The notes: a model not told the origin generated them from the sequence alone. A DNA stretch of 64,000 bases from Candidatus Doudnabacteria bacterium (GCA_037200925.1 JBBCGO010000001.1:888235-952234), one strand, 5' to 3'; counted from the stretch's first letter, positions 27,049-37,609 are shown. A program made the numbers and translations.

Positions 27049-30000
27049 TTAGGGCAAGTTCGAGCCAAGAAGCTCTTTGATCTTCGATTTTAGTTCCTCA
27101 TTCAGGTCTATCCGGAACGGCGTTTTGATCTTTTGCTGGTCGATCATAAGATTTACATTCAGATCGCCGGGAGCCGATTCAAACAGCTGTTTTAATTGGC
27201 CAAACAGTTCATCGGATGCGGCTGTCGGAATTTTGATAGTGACGGATGATTCTTGGGAAGGAGCTGTGGTTTCCGCGAACAGTTTTATCGTGTCAGCCAG
27301 AAATTTCGGCTCGCCGTCCTTGTCCGACATCTTGCCGGTCATGAGCACGATCTTTTCCGCCACGATAAGATCCTTGAACTGGCTGAATAAATTTGGAAAA
27401 ACGATGACTTCTATTGTGCCGGTGGTGTCCTCCAGATCGATAAACGCCATTTGATCGCCTTTTTTTGTAAGAATTTTCTGGACCCTGGTAATAATTCCGC
27501 CAATGGTAGCGGTTGGTGTTCTGTTTTCTATGACTTGTTTGATAGATAAGGCCGATCTTTGCAATTTTGCAGCGTGTTCGGCAAGCGGATGAGAGGTAAC
27601 ATAAAGCCCCAGCAGTTCTTTTTCCCAAGCCAAACGTTCCCGCTCGGTTGCCGGTTCCACGTCGCGCAACTTCAATTTTGCATCAGGGATAAAATTTTCG
27701 CCAAATAAACTTGTTTGATTGTCAGCCGCCGCTTTTTGCAAATTTCGCGCAAACTCCAGAATTATTTCCGTATTGGCCAAAAGCTTGTTGCGCTCTCCCA
27801 AAGCGTCCAAAGCGCCTGACTTAGCCATTGCTTCCCAGGATTTTTTGTTGAAATTGCGCGTTTGCACCCGTTTGACGAAATCTTCGACGGAAGAAAATTT
27901 CCCGCCGGCTTTCCGCTGTTCGATAATGATGCTGATGATATCCGAACCTAGATTTTTGACGGCAGTCAGCCCGAACCGGATATTGCGTTCGTCTATGACC
28001 GTAAAGTTGGCCAGGCTTTCATTCACATCCGGTGGCAGGACCTGGATGCCCATGATTTTGCATTCTTCAACCGCTTCGGCAATGGTTTCCATATCGCCTG
28101 ATTCGGCCGTCATCAGGGCGGCCATGAATTCCACGGTGTAATTGGCTTTCATGTAAGCCGTTTGGTAGCTGACAATGCCGTACGATGCGGCGTGGGCTTT
28201 GCCAAATCCGTAGGCCGCAAATGGCTCGATCAGTCCGAACAGCTGTTCCGCCCGGTAAGGCTCCATTCCATTTTTTACGCATCCTTTAATGAACTTTTCT
28301 TTTTGTTTGGCCATCTCAGCAGGGATCTTTTTACCCATAGCTTTGCGGAGTTTATCCGCTTCTTCCCACGAATAACCGGCAATATTAACAGCCGTTGTGA
28401 GTACGTCGTCCTGATACACCAGTAATCCCAGCGATCTTCCAAGATATGCCTGCATGCGCGGATCGAAATATTCGATCTTGCTGCGCTTATGCTGCCGGGT
28501 AATATATTCAGGAATGATCCCCATTGGGCCGGGGCGGTATAAAGCGATCATGGCCATGATGTCGAAAATGCTTTTTGGTTTTAGGTCCATCAGGTACCGC
28601 GTGATGCCGGACGAGCCCATTTGGAATACGCCGAATGTGTGGCCTTCGGACAGAAGTTTGAAAGTTTTTTCATCCGGATGAGGAAGATTTGCGATATCGA
28701 TCTGCACTCCCTGTCTTTTCTCTGCAATTTTTACCGCGGCTTCCAGGGTGGACAAATTGCGGATGCCTAAAAGATCGAGTTTGACCACTCCCAATGCTTT
28801 TTCGCCGCTGGCATTGACGTCCAATGCGTACATATCGTATTGCGTGATGACGCGTTCGCCATCCGGTTCTTTTTGCAGCGGCATGTAGTCAGTCAGTTCG
28901 GTCGGGGTAATGACAATGCCGGCGGCATGCACAGAAGCGTGCCGTGCATTACCCTCCAGTTTTTTGGCAATGTCGAGGATCTTTTTTGTTTCCGGATCTT
29001 TTTCGTAAGCGGCTTTCAGGTCGGTATTTAAGTCCATGGCTTTGTCCAAGGTCATATGAAAACCCTGTTTGCCTGTAGGGATCATTTTGGCGATCTGGTC
29101 GCATTTGCCGTAGGCAACGCCCAACGCCCGCCCGACATCCCTTACCGCGGCTCTTGCCATCATAGTCCCGAAGGTAATGATCTGTGCGACTTTTTCAGCT
29201 CCGTATTTTTTTGTGATATAAGAGATCACTTCATCGCGGTGGTTGTCGGCAATATCCAGGTCGATATCGGGAGGAGTAGGGCGGTGTTCGGTTAAAAATC
29301 TTTCGAACGGCAGTTCATAATAAAGAGGGTCTACATTTGTAATGCCTAAGATGCGCCCGACAATGGACCCGGCCGCGCTTCCTCTGGTATTGGTGATGGC
29401 GCCAAGCTTATGAGCTCCTTCGACCACGTCCGCGACCATGAGAAAATAAGTGTCAAATCCTTTATTGATTATAATATTAAGCTCGTAATCAATTCGTTGT
29501 TTGATATCATCGGGGACAGCGCCATCCTTGCCGTAAAGCGGCAAAGCGCGGGCGTAAGTCAGCTCCCGCAGGTACTCGGCAGTTGTTTTGCCCTCCGGCA
29601 CCTCAACTTTAGGAAAGTATCTTTGATTGGTTAAAATTTTAAGATTGCATTTTGCGGCAACCAAGGCCGTATTGGCCACGGCTTCGGGCAGATCCTTGAA
29701 TCGTTCATACATTTTTTCCTCGGTCTTAAGCGACAGGTCGTATCCTCGCATATCCATGCGGTCCGTATCAGAAGTAGTCCTGCCCGTGCCGATGCAGAGC
29801 AGAACATCCTGCGCTTCAGCATCCTGCGGTTCAATATAATGGCAGTCAGCGGTGGCGACCAGCGTCAGATTTTCAGCTTTAGCCAAAGCGGCAAGTTTTT
29901 GGACCAGTTTTTTTTCATTGGCGTCGGGCAGGCGGCTGTTGCGCTGGATCTCAATATAATAATTATCCGGCCCGAAAATATCCAGGTATTTTTGCAGGAT

Positions 30001-30510
30001 TTCGCGGGTTTCAGAATCGGATTTGTTCATGACGGCCCGGGCCAACTCGCCTCGCTGGCAGCCTGATAGGGCAATCAGCCCCTCGCTGTGTTTTTTTAAA
30101 ACCTCCAGGTCAATCCGGGGTTTATAGTAATAGCCGTCGATATGGGCTACGGTCGTAAGTTTTAAAAGATTTTTGTATCCTGCCTGATTGGCCGCCAGCA
30201 GAGTCAAATGAAAATAGTCAGAATCAATCTTGCCATTTTTTTCTTGCAATGTCCGCGGGGCTACATAAGCTTCAACGCCGATGATCGGTTTGATCCCGGC
30301 TTCTTGGCATTTATTATAGAATTCAATGGCGCCGTACATCACCCCGTGGTCGGTCAAAGCCAAACTGTCCATGCCGAGTTTCTTGGCGGTGGATACCAGT
30401 TCGTTTATTTTCGGCAGTCCATCAAGCAGGGAAAAGTGCGAATGGACGTGCAAGTGAGTGAATTTGGACATAAGTAAGTCCATTATGGCAAAAGTCGCGT
30501 TACAGCGCAA
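27049..30510 (-). CDS. dnaE: DNA polymerase III alpha subunit.
   Basis: PHP domain 'HLHVHSHFSLLDG' plus polymerase core and OB-fold, 1153 aa. The start may be an internal Met (MDLLMSKF...). Confidence 0.85.
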   Translation of the reverse strand: MRCNATFAIMDLLMSKFTHLHVHSHFSLLDGLPKINELVSTAKKLGMDSLALTDHGVMYGAIEFYNKCQEAGIKPIIGVEAYVAPRTLQEKNGKIDSDYFHLTLLAANQAGYKNLLKLTTVAHIDGYYYKPRIDLEVLKKHSEGLIALSGCQRGELARAVMNKSDSETREILQKYLDIFGPDNYYIEIQRNSRLPDANEKKLVQKLAALAKAENLTLVATADCHYIEPQDAEAQDVLLCIGTGRTTSDTDRMDMRGYDLSLKTEEKMYERFKDLPEAVANTALVAAKCNLKILTNQRYFPKVEVPEGKTTAEYLRELTYARALPLYGKDGAVPDDIKQRIDYELNIIINKGFDTYFLMVADVVEGAHKLGAITNTRGSAAGSIVGRILGITNVDPLYYELPFERFLTEHRPTPPDIDLDIADNHRDEVISYITKKYGAEKVAQIITFGTMMARAAVRDVGRALGVAYGKCDQIAKMIPTGKQGFHMTLDKAMDLNTDLKAAYEKDPETKKILDIAKKLEGNARHASVHAAGIVITPTELTDYMPLQKEPDGERVITQYDMYALDVNASGEKALGVVKLDLLGIRNLSTLEAAVKIAEKRQGVQIDIANLPHPDEKTFKLLSEGHTFGVFQMGSSGITRYLMDLKPKSIFDIMAMIALYRPGPMGIIPEYITRQHKRSKIEYFDPRMQAYLGRSLGLLVYQDDVLTTAVNIAGYSWEEADKLRKAMGKKIPAEMAKQKEKFIKGCVKNGMEPYRAEQLFGLIEPFAAYGFGKAHAASYGIVSYQTAYMKANYTVEFMAALMTAESGDMETIAEAVEECKIMGIQVLPPDVNESLANFTVIDERNIRFGLTAVKNLGSDIISIIIEQRKAGGKFSSVEDFVKRVQTRNFNKKSWEAMAKSGALDALGERNKLLANTEIILEFARNLQKAAADNQTSLFGENFIPDAKLKLRDVEPATERERLAWEKELLGLYVTSHPLAEHAAKLQRSALSIKQVIENRTPTATIGGIITRVQKILTKKGDQMAFIDLEDTTGTIEVIVFPNLFSQFKDLIVAEKIVLMTGKMSDKDGEPKFLADTIKLFAETTAPSQESSVTIKIPTAASDELFGQLKQLFESAPGDLNVNLMIDQQKIKTPFRIDLNEELKSKIKELLGSNLP

Positions 30511-30551
30511 AAAGTGATATAATTAGTCAAGATTTAAGACTTGAAACAAAT

Positions 30552-31394
30552 ATGGCACTAACGGATAACGACAGGATTCAGGAGTTATTTCTGGTCGTCG
30601 GCGACAAACTCGCTCCCGTGAACAAAAAATGGTGGTATGCCCTGGTCATTTTTCTGATCGTGCTGATCCCGTTTTATTATTTGGCGAAATATTCCTTCGT
30701 ACAACTGATAATGAGCGGATATCATGCGCCGGAAATAGTTTATACTGCGGGGATCCAGGAATCTTTACAGATAATCGACAAGAAAATTTTTATTCTTGCG
30801 CCGAACACATATTCAGGTTACGTGAAAATAAAAAATATCAATCTGGAATGGGGAGTGCCCAGCCAGGATTATACGGCGGAATTTAAAACTTTGGGCGGGA
30901 CCAGTATTGCAAAAATAAGCGATTCAACGTTTATCCTTCCGGCTTCCGAAAAACTAATCGTTTTTCCGCGTTTTACCTCACAAACCAAACCCGATGAGAT
31001 CGACGTGACTTTGGGTGAGACGCAGTTTATCCAAAAACCCGATGTGACGGTCAATTATGAACTTCAACGCGTGAATCTTCAGAATAACCCCGCAGGCTTT
31101 TCTATGACGGCCGGGATAAAAAACACAATGGCTTTCACGGTCGGGCAGATCGATCTGCCTGTAGCTGTTTACGACAGCAATAATAATATAGTTGCCGTCA
31201 ATTTTACGACCATTAACGATGTTCTGTCCGGTGAAACCAGGACATTCACATATTCCTGGCCGGGCGCAGTGGCCGGCGCAGTCCGGGCGGAGATCAATCC
31301 GGAGATCAATATATTTGACCGGAATATATTTTCGCAGCCCGCCGGAGTCTCGCCATTCGACAGTTCAACGCAGCCCGCGCCCGCATCTCCATGA
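30552..31394 (+). CDS. Membrane-anchored hypothetical protein.
   Basis: N-terminal TM 'WWYALVIFLIVLIPFYYLA' and a beta-rich ectodomain. Its stop overlaps the start of the SEDS gene. Confidence 0.4.
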   Translation: MALTDNDRIQELFLVVGDKLAPVNKKWWYALVIFLIVLIPFYYLAKYSFVQLIMSGYHAPEIVYTAGIQESLQIIDKKIFILAPNTYSGYVKIKNINLEWGVPSQDYTAEFKTLGGTSIAKISDSTFILPASEKLIVFPRFTSQTKPDEIDVTLGETQFIQKPDVTVNYELQRVNLQNNPAGFSMTAGIKNTMAFTVGQIDLPVAVYDSNNNIVAVNFTTINDVLSGETRTFTYSWPGAVAGAVRAEINPEINIFDRNIFSQPAGVSPFDSSTQPAPASP

Positions 31395-32494
31395 GAAATT
31401 GGTTTGCGAATTTCCGTTATTTTGACCTTTATATTTTCGGCAGCAGCACTCTGCTGCTGATTTTGGGTTTGCTCATGATCTATTCCACCACGCTTGCCAG
31501 CCCGACCAATCTTCTAAGCCATCAGCTGGTGTTCGCCGTCCTGGGATTTATTGCGATGTTCCTGCTGGCTTTTTATGACTACAGAAAACTTAAAAAGAGT
31601 ACGGGGTTTTTCTATGTCCTGATCATATTAAGCCTGCTGCTGGTGTGGTTCTTGGGCCATAATGTCCGCGGATCGACCCGGTGGATCGATCTTGGGATCT
31701 TCCGCGCCCAGCCGGCGGAGTTTGCCAAACTGATAATGGTTGTGATCATGGCCAAATTCCTGGATCAAAGCGGCGAAAAATTGAAAGACATCAGGTATGT
31801 TCTCCTGTCGGCTGTTTATGTCAGCATTCCGGCAATACTGGTCTTGATCGAGCCGGACCTGGGTTCGGCCCTGGTTATTTTTTTCACCTGGCTGGGCATG
31901 CTGCTGTTCTCCAAGATGAATAAAAAACATTTGGGCATCCTGCTTTTAATTGCCGTCCTGGTTTCTTCCTTCAGCTGGTTCTTTGTGCTCCATGATTATC
32001 AGAAAAACCGCATTTATACTTTTTTGGACCCGAGCCAGGATCCGCGGGGCAGCGGCTATAATGTCCTGCAATCAATAATCGCCGTAGGCTCAGGCAGCAT
32101 TACGGGCCGGGGAGTGGGCAGGGGGCTGCAATCCCAGCTGAAATTCTTGCCGGAGCGGCAAACTGACTTTATCTTCGCTTCTACTGCAGAGGAATTGGGC
32201 TTGGTGGGAAGCCTGTTCATCCTGAGCATGTTCGCCATATTGTTTTTCGGCCTGGTCCGGGCGATCAAGCATGCCAGGGATAACTTCGGAATGTATCTGA
32301 CCCTGGGGATTTTTTTCATGCTATTGTCGCAAGTGCTGATAAATATCGGCATGAATGTCGGACTGCTTCCCGTCACCGGCATTCCTTTGCCGCTTTTAAG
32401 TTACGGCGGATCCTCACTTCTGACCACTATGGCGGCACTGGGATTAGTGCAAAGCGTTGTGGCCCGCCAGAAGGCTGTGAAGTTCGGCAACTGA
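31391..32494 (+). CDS. ftsW: SEDS-family peptidoglycan polymerase (FtsW/RodA).
   Basis: Ten TM helices and conserved 'LPERQTDFIFA', 'GLLPVTGIPLPLLSYGGSS'. Confidence 0.75.
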   Translation: MRNWFANFRYFDLYIFGSSTLLLILGLLMIYSTTLASPTNLLSHQLVFAVLGFIAMFLLAFYDYRKLKKSTGFFYVLIILSLLLVWFLGHNVRGSTRWIDLGIFRAQPAEFAKLIMVVIMAKFLDQSGEKLKDIRYVLLSAVYVSIPAILVLIEPDLGSALVIFFTWLGMLLFSKMNKKHLGILLLIAVLVSSFSWFFVLHDYQKNRIYTFLDPSQDPRGSGYNVLQSIIAVGSGSITGRGVGRGLQSQLKFLPERQTDFIFASTAEELGLVGSLFILSMFAILFFGLVRAIKHARDNFGMYLTLGIFFMLLSQVLINIGMNVGLLPVTGIPLPLLSYGGSSLLTTMAALGLVQSVVARQKAVKFGN

Positions 32495-32540
32495 TCTTTG
32501 GTTGACGCCAAAAATATTAGCCCTTACAATATAAGCATCT

Positions 32541-32897
32541 ATGCCGAAGTTTGATTTCAACAAAATCGTCCAGTGGCTGGCTTATATTTTGAAGTGTCCG
32601 GTTTGCGGGCACCAGTATACGCCGGAACAAACCAAGATCATTGATACGGGGGAAGAAAAACCGCTTTCCGGCCGCAGCCTTCTGGTCCACACTGACTGTG
32701 ACCGGTGCAAAAGCTCGGTGGTATTTTCCATTGCGATTGACGGACCCGAGATCTTTTCCATCGGCATGGTGACAGACCTGACCAGCCAGGATACATCCAA
32801 ATTTAAAAATGCCAAACCTATCACCACGGATGAAGTTTTGGCTACTCACGAATTTTTAAGGGGTTTTGACGGGGACTTCAAATCTGCTTTGAAATAG
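32541..32897 (+). CDS. Zinc-ribbon hypothetical protein.
   Basis: CPVCGHQY...CDRC four-Cys ribbon. Confidence 0.35.
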   Translation: MPKFDFNKIVQWLAYILKCPVCGHQYTPEQTKIIDTGEEKPLSGRSLLVHTDCDRCKSSVVFSIAIDGPEIFSIGMVTDLTSQDTSKFKNAKPITTDEVLATHEFLRGFDGDFKSALK

Positions 32898-32937
32898 CTT
32901 TGACCTATTCATCAGAAGATGTTATTATATTGCGGCT

Positions 32938-33639
32938 ATGGAAAATATTGCAATTGAAGCGACCAAACGAACTATTTTGGGCAAACGGGTAAAAACATTG
33001 CGTCAGGCAGGAAAGCTGCCCGGCATTTTGTATGGGCACAATACAGAGACAGCAGAAATCGAAATTAAGGAAAAAGATTTTTCCAAGGCATTTAAGCAGG
33101 CGGGTGAATCAACGCTGGTCAATCTGGTTATGGACGGCAAAACCACGCCGGTCTTGATCTACGATGTCCAGCACCACTATCTGAACGGCCAGCCACTGCA
33201 TGTGGATTTTTATGCCGTGAACATGACCGAAAAACTGAAGGTCCGCGTGCCAATCCAGTTCACCGGCGAATCGCAGGCGGTAAAGGGCTTAGGCGGGACT
33301 TTGCTTAAGAATCTTTCCGATGTTGAGGTGGAATGTTTGCCGGCTGATATTCCTAAATATTTTGAAATCGACATCAGTTCGTTGAACACATTTGAAGATG
33401 CTATCCGCATCCAGGACCTGAAAGTCAGCGACAAGGTAACAATTCTGGCTAAACCGGATGAAGTGATCGTCAATGTCGCGCCTCCCCGAACCGAAGAAGA
33501 GATGAAAGAATTATCCGAAAAACCGGTTGTTGAAGATGTAACCTTGGTTGAAGGGGTATTAAAGCCGGAAGAAACTCCTGAGGCAGTAGCAGGGGATGAG
33601 AAGGCTGAGAAGCCGGAGAAAAAAGAAGAGAAAAAATAG
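32938..33639 (+). CDS. rplY: 50S ribosomal protein L25 / general stress protein Ctc.
   Basis: 'RTILGKRVKTLRQAGKLPGILYG...LHVDFYAV' with a Glu/Lys-rich C-terminal extension. Confidence 0.75.
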   Translation: MENIAIEATKRTILGKRVKTLRQAGKLPGILYGHNTETAEIEIKEKDFSKAFKQAGESTLVNLVMDGKTTPVLIYDVQHHYLNGQPLHVDFYAVNMTEKLKVRVPIQFTGESQAVKGLGGTLLKNLSDVEVECLPADIPKYFEIDISSLNTFEDAIRIQDLKVSDKVTILAKPDEVIVNVAPPRTEEEMKELSEKPVVEDVTLVEGVLKPEETPEAVAGDEKAEKPEKKEEKK

Positions 33640-33641
33640 CT

Positions 33642-34550
33642 TTAGCTTATAGTTGATAGGTTTTGTAGAATTGCAAACCTCTCAAATCCGGATAAATCTT
33701 TATAAATTTTTGTTTCAAAAGCTGGTAAATATTTTTTTACCAGCTTTTTGATTGCCGGGCCGTGGGTCTCGCCGATCTCAAGGAAGAGAAATTGAGGCGC
33801 TCTTGTCATCCCGGACTTGATCCGGGATCCAGATAAAGAACTTTTTGTCTGGATTCCCGCTTTCGCGGGAATGACAAAAGAAATTTGCTTGAAAAGCTCT
33901 TCCAATAATCCGAGTCCTTTTTTTTCCGCGATTAAAGCTTGTTTCGGTTCAAACTTGGTTGATGCGTCAGTTTCTTCAGCCAGGTAAGGCAGATTGGCCA
34001 CAATAATATCGAAATGCTGTTTTTTCCACGGGGTCAAAAGCGAGCCGTGTTTGAAAATAATTTTAACTTTATGCTGTTTGGCATTCTTTTTTGCTATTAA
34101 TAAAGCGGCTGGTGAAATGTCCGAGGCGAAATATCGATTTTTTGACCCAAGTTTTTTTGCCACGCTTACGATAATATTTCCTGAGCCGGTCCCGACATCC
34201 AGAATGTTTAAGCCGTTTTTGATGCCAATAGTCTTCATGGCCAATTCCACCAGACCCTCGGTTTCGGGGCGGGGGATCAATACGTTTTCATCAACGTAAA
34301 AACCAAGGCCATAAAATTCTTTTTTTTTGGCCAGATAAGCAACAGGCCAGCCCATCAGCCTGCGGGTTAGAAATATATGAAATCGTTTTTCCAGCTTCTG
34401 ACTGACCGTTTGGCCGGGATTGGCAAGCAGATATTCTTTGGGCTTATCCAAGACATGCGACAAAAGCACTTCCGCATCCAGATCCGGGGAAGCGCTTTTT
34501 GATCTGGATAATCTTTTTGCGGCTAAATTTAGCAGTTCCCGAACCGTCAT
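33642..34550 (-). CDS. prmC: Release-factor glutamine methyltransferase PrmC/HemK carrying an in-frame repeat-element insertion.
   Basis: SAM motif '[11 protein letters not shown]' and a catalytic 'IVANLPY' motif (NLPY rather than NPPY). It overlaps the prfA stop. A 25-aa insert ([25 protein letters not shown]) is encoded by the palindromic element at 33804-33876. Confidence 0.8.
   Translation of the reverse strand: MTVRELLNLAAKRLSRSKSASPDLDAEVLLSHVLDKPKEYLLANPGQTVSQKLEKRFHIFLTRRLMGWPVAYLAKKKEFYGLGFYVDENVLIPRPETEGLVELAMKTIGIKNGLNILDVGTGSGNIIVSVAKKLGSKNRYFASDISPAALLIAKKNAKQHKVKIIFKHGSLLTPWKKQHFDIIVANLPYLAEETDASTKFEPKQALIAEKKGLGLLEELFKQISFVIPAKAGIQTKSSLSGSRIKSGMTRAPQFLFLEIGETHGPAIKKLVKKYLPAFETKIYKDLSGFERFAILQNLSTIS
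33804..33876. repeat. MITE/RPE-like palindromic element, copy C, inserted in frame in prmC.
   Basis: tgtcatcccggacttgatccgggatcc ... ggattcccgctttcgcgggaatgaca: two hairpins bounded by TGTCAT/ATGACA. The 73 nt plus 2 give 25 codons. Confidence 0.6.
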
Positions 34551-35602
34551 TTTGCAATTGATTCCAATTGCCGTTTCTGGTCTTCGGCGATCATGGCTTG
34601 GGTGATTTGTTCCATGTTTCCTTCCATGATCGTCTGGATCTGGTTCCAGTTTTGGTTGATCCTGTGGTCTGTGATGCGGTCCTGGGGGAAATTATAGGTC
34701 CGGATCTTTTCCGACCTATCCCCGGTGCCGATCTGGGATTTACGTTTGTCGCTTAGTTCCTTTCTTTTGCGCTCTTCCTCGAGCGCGAGCAGGCGGGCGC
34801 GCATGACATTCATCGCTTTTTCTTTGTTCTGTGATTGAGAACGCTCGTCCTGGATGACCACGACAATTCCGCTTGGAATATGCGTTAAGCGGACAGCGGA
34901 ATAAGTGGTGTTTACGGATTGCCCGCCGTGGCCGGATGACGTGGTAGCTTCAAATTTGATATCTTTCGGGTCTATCTTAAAATCAACTTCTTCGATCTCT
35001 GGCATGACCGCCACGGTAACAGTTGATGTGTGCACTCGCCCTGATTTTTCCGTTTCCGGGACCCGCTGCACCCGATGTACGCCGGATTCGTATTTAAATT
35101 TACTGAAAGCCGCGCGGCCCAGGATCTCAAAAATGATCTCTTTGAACCCGCCGATAGAGGTGCGGCTGGAAGAAAGAACGACGATTTTGTACTTTAACTT
35201 TTCCGCGTATTTTGAATACATCCGGAACAATTCGGCCGCGAACAGCCCGGCCTCATCGCCGCCGGCACCTGCGCGGATCTCCACGATAGTGTTTTTTTCA
35301 TCATATGGATCTTTGGGCAATAAGGCCTGCCGCAGGCTTTCGGCCAGTTTTTCACGCTCGGATCGCAGGGTAGGGAGTTCTGAGGCAGCCATGTCGGATA
35401 ATTCGGACCCTTCGGCAATCATTTTTTCATGCTCAGCGATCTCGGTTTCCAGTTTTTCCAGCCGGTTGATCTTCTCGATCATAGGCAAAAGCTCGGATTG
35501 CCGTTTCCCTAAGCTCGCCAGTTGTTTGCGGTCAGTGGTTTGAGAAAGCTTTTCCGAAATATCGCCGTATTCTTTTTTGATATGGTTATATTGGAGTTCC
35601 AT
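34547..35602 (-). CDS. prfA: Peptide chain release factor 1.
   Basis: GGQ motif '[11 protein letters not shown]', a PAT-like tripeptide '[17 protein letters not shown]', 351 aa, followed by prmC. Confidence 0.85.
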   Translation of the reverse strand: MELQYNHIKKEYGDISEKLSQTTDRKQLASLGKRQSELLPMIEKINRLEKLETEIAEHEKMIAEGSELSDMAASELPTLRSEREKLAESLRQALLPKDPYDEKNTIVEIRAGAGGDEAGLFAAELFRMYSKYAEKLKYKIVVLSSSRTSIGGFKEIIFEILGRAAFSKFKYESGVHRVQRVPETEKSGRVHTSTVTVAVMPEIEEVDFKIDPKDIKFEATTSSGHGGQSVNTTYSAVRLTHIPSGIVVVIQDERSQSQNKEKAMNVMRARLLALEEERKRKELSDKRKSQIGTGDRSEKIRTYNFPQDRITDHRINQNWNQIQTIMEGNMEQITQAMIAEDQKRQLESIAK

Positions 35603-35663
35603 AAAGGTTTAAACAAAAAACAGGCCTTAATATAATTCTATATCAGTAGCCTGTTTTTGTCAG

Positions 35664-35912
35664 TTAAGCAGCTGCGAGTTTTTTGCTGATGCGCTTAGAT
35701 TTCATTTCTGCAGACTTGGTGCCGCGTTTCTTGAATTTATCGATCGTGCCCGCCACATCAAGCAGGTTTTGCTTGCCGGTATAGAACGGATGGCAATTTG
35801 AGCAAATTTCAACATGCAGTTCCTGTTTGGTGGAACCGGTGATAAAGGTGTTGCCGCAGGCGCAGACGACTTTGGCATCAGTAAAATAAGTCGGATGTAT
35901 GTCTTTTTTCAT
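35664..35912 (-). CDS. rpmE: 50S ribosomal protein L31.
   Basis: 'MKKDIHPTY...CACGNTF...[12 protein letters not shown]'. Confidence 0.85.
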   Translation of the reverse strand: MKKDIHPTYFTDAKVVCACGNTFITGSTKQELHVEICSNCHPFYTGKQNLLDVAGTIDKFKKRGTKSAEMKSKRISKKLAAA

Positions 35913-35934
35913 AACTACAAAATTATATCGCAGA

Positions 35935-35963
35935 TTGACAGAAAAGTCAACAGGGGATATGAT
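35935..35963 (+). promoter_or_regulatory. Consensus sigma-70 promoter driving the island operon.
   Basis: TTGACA (35935-35940), 17-nt spacer, TATGAT (35958-35963). The first gene has an AAGGAAGGAGG SD. Confidence 0.5.
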
Positions 35964-35988
35964 TGTATGTCAAAAGGAAGGAGGACAC

Positions 35989-36096
35989 ATGAAGTTGGTG
36001 TATGCACTTTTTGGGCTAGTGGCACTTCAATGTGTCTTTCTCGTCTGGAGCCTGATCAAACAGCAACTACGCCGCAACCAAAGGTCAAAGAGGTGA
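35989..36096 (+). CDS. 35-aa single-TM peptide with a basic C-terminal tail (type-I-toxin/holin-like shape), island gene P1.
   Basis: MKLVYALFGLVALQCVFLVWSLIKQQLRRNQRSKR, with a strong SD and promoter directly upstream. Confidence 0.4.
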   Translation: MKLVYALFGLVALQCVFLVWSLIKQQLRRNQRSKR

Positions 36097-36100
36097 GTAG

Positions 36101-36664
36101 ATGAACACGCAACTTGAACTGATGCTGAAGGTTTGGGAGAGGCTGAACAACGAAGTGCTCCAGTACATGCGCATGCTGGACTATTGGATAATGTTCCTGA
36201 TCGCGCTGCTCGTGTTCCTCATCTACGCTTCGCGACAGGAAGGTTATCGCGATTTCATTGTCTGGGCCGCTGTCACGGGCGCTATTACGCCGGTTTGGAT
36301 CGGCAGGATAGACGTGCTGATTCACAGGCCGGTGCCGGCCACGATCGCGATCGAAGAGGAGATCAATGAATACCTGAGGCGCGATCCATCAGGGGAGCGG
36401 TTGAGGGAGGAACTGAAGCTTGGTCCGAGGTTTAAGACCTGGGAAAATTACTACAAACCCGGACTCAAGACCGGCGTCAAGATCCTCGTCCCTTTGGATG
36501 CTGTTGCGCTCGTGTTCCTTCTTTTCCTGTTCGCGCATGCCAACAACCGCGCGGCTCAATTCCTTGCGGACACAGGCTGGTCGGGCGTTTTCTGGTGGGG
36601 GTGCTGGGTCGTCTTTGTGTGCGGCGTCGGCATAATTGCCGCAGCCAAACCACTGGCGGAGTGA
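36101..36664 (+). CDS. Integral membrane protein, island gene P2, no recognisable domain.
   Basis: 187 aa with TM segments 'YWIMFLIALLVFLIY', 'ILVPLDAVALVFLLFLF', 'GVFWWGCWVVFVCGVGIIAAA'. SD GAGGTGAG. G+C-rich. Confidence 0.45.
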   Translation: MNTQLELMLKVWERLNNEVLQYMRMLDYWIMFLIALLVFLIYASRQEGYRDFIVWAAVTGAITPVWIGRIDVLIHRPVPATIAIEEEINEYLRRDPSGERLREELKLGPRFKTWENYYKPGLKTGVKILVPLDAVALVFLLFLFAHANNRAAQFLADTGWSGVFWWGCWVVFVCGVGIIAAAKPLAE

Positions 36665-36681
36665 AGCTGGGAGGAAAAAAC

Positions 36682-36978
36682 GTGACGCTGATCCTGGTAA
36701 TATTGGCAGCCGCTGCAGGTTTCGCGGCCGGAATACTGTACCGCCATTGGAATCAGTTGCCGGAGACTCGCGAACTTGGGGTATACCGCACCTGGCTCTG
36801 GCGGTCAGACATGAATGACGGCCCGATCAATCAGCCCGGAACAAAGTTCAGATTCAGCCTCGACGGCCGCAAGAGCATCTGGTGGGCGCAGGTTAAACCT
36901 GACGGCAGCGTAGGACCGGGAGAACTGGTGGCAGAGCCGCTCCCTTATCTGGAAGGTCCGCCAGTCGCGATCCATTAA
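36682..36978 (+). CDS. Membrane-anchored small protein, island gene P3 (GTG start).
   Basis: GGAGG then 8 nt then GTG. TM 'LILVILAAAAGFAAGIL' then a soluble domain of about 70 aa. Confidence 0.4.
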   Translation: MTLILVILAAAAGFAAGILYRHWNQLPETRELGVYRTWLWRSDMNDGPINQPGTKFRFSLDGRKSIWWAQVKPDGSVGPGELVAEPLPYLEGPPVAIH

Positions 36979-37054
36979 GCCCTCCGGGCAATCCGGTCGG
37001 CTTCTTTTTTTGGCTAATTTTGCTAGAATGTAATGAACTTCAGCAGGAGGATCC

Positions 37055-37609
37055 ATGAAGCCTAAGACCAAACCTTTGCATGAGTTTGAAATAGCGCAGT
37101 ATGCCGTGTATATGGCGCTACAACAAATGCAGAAAGAGATAGAAACCGGAGTTGAAGGATTCATTTCAAAATATCTTCGGATCTGCGGCGCCTTGGCGGT
37201 TGCGATCATTCTCGCGTTTTGGATGGGCGGTGCGATCCATCCGATCCGGTGGGGGTTGGTCGGTCTGAAATGGACAGCGATCGCGTACTGCACGCTGATC
37301 CTGCTTTGGACCTGCAGGGTTAAATTCTTCATCAACCGGGACCGCCGGCGGGGGATAAGCGAAGTCAGGCGTTTAAAGGCACTGCTTCGGAGGTGCTTGT
37401 TCAAAGGCAAGTGCCTCAATCGCCGCACAAAACTGCATCTAGCCAGAAATTATTTTGTCTGGTACGGACTGGGAATGTTCGGGAATCCCGGCCTTGCCGT
37501 CTGGTTGTATGTGATCAAAGCCAGAGCTTTCGTTTGTTGCTACTTTTTTCTGTTCACCGGCCTGTTCCGGCTGCGGAAACTGGATCAGCAAAATGCAGCC
37601 AATCTGTAA
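37055..37609 (+). CDS. Integral membrane protein, island gene P4.
   Basis: AGGAGG SD. TM helices 'ICGALAVAIILAFWMGGAI', 'WTAIAYCTLILLW', 'LAVWLYVIKARAFVCCYFFLFTGLF'. 184 aa. Confidence 0.45.
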   Translation: MKPKTKPLHEFEIAQYAVYMALQQMQKEIETGVEGFISKYLRICGALAVAIILAFWMGGAIHPIRWGLVGLKWTAIAYCTLILLWTCRVKFFINRDRRRGISEVRRLKALLRRCLFKGKCLNRRTKLHLARNYFVWYGLGMFGNPGLAVWLYVIKARAFVCCYFFLFTGLFRLRKLDQQNAANL

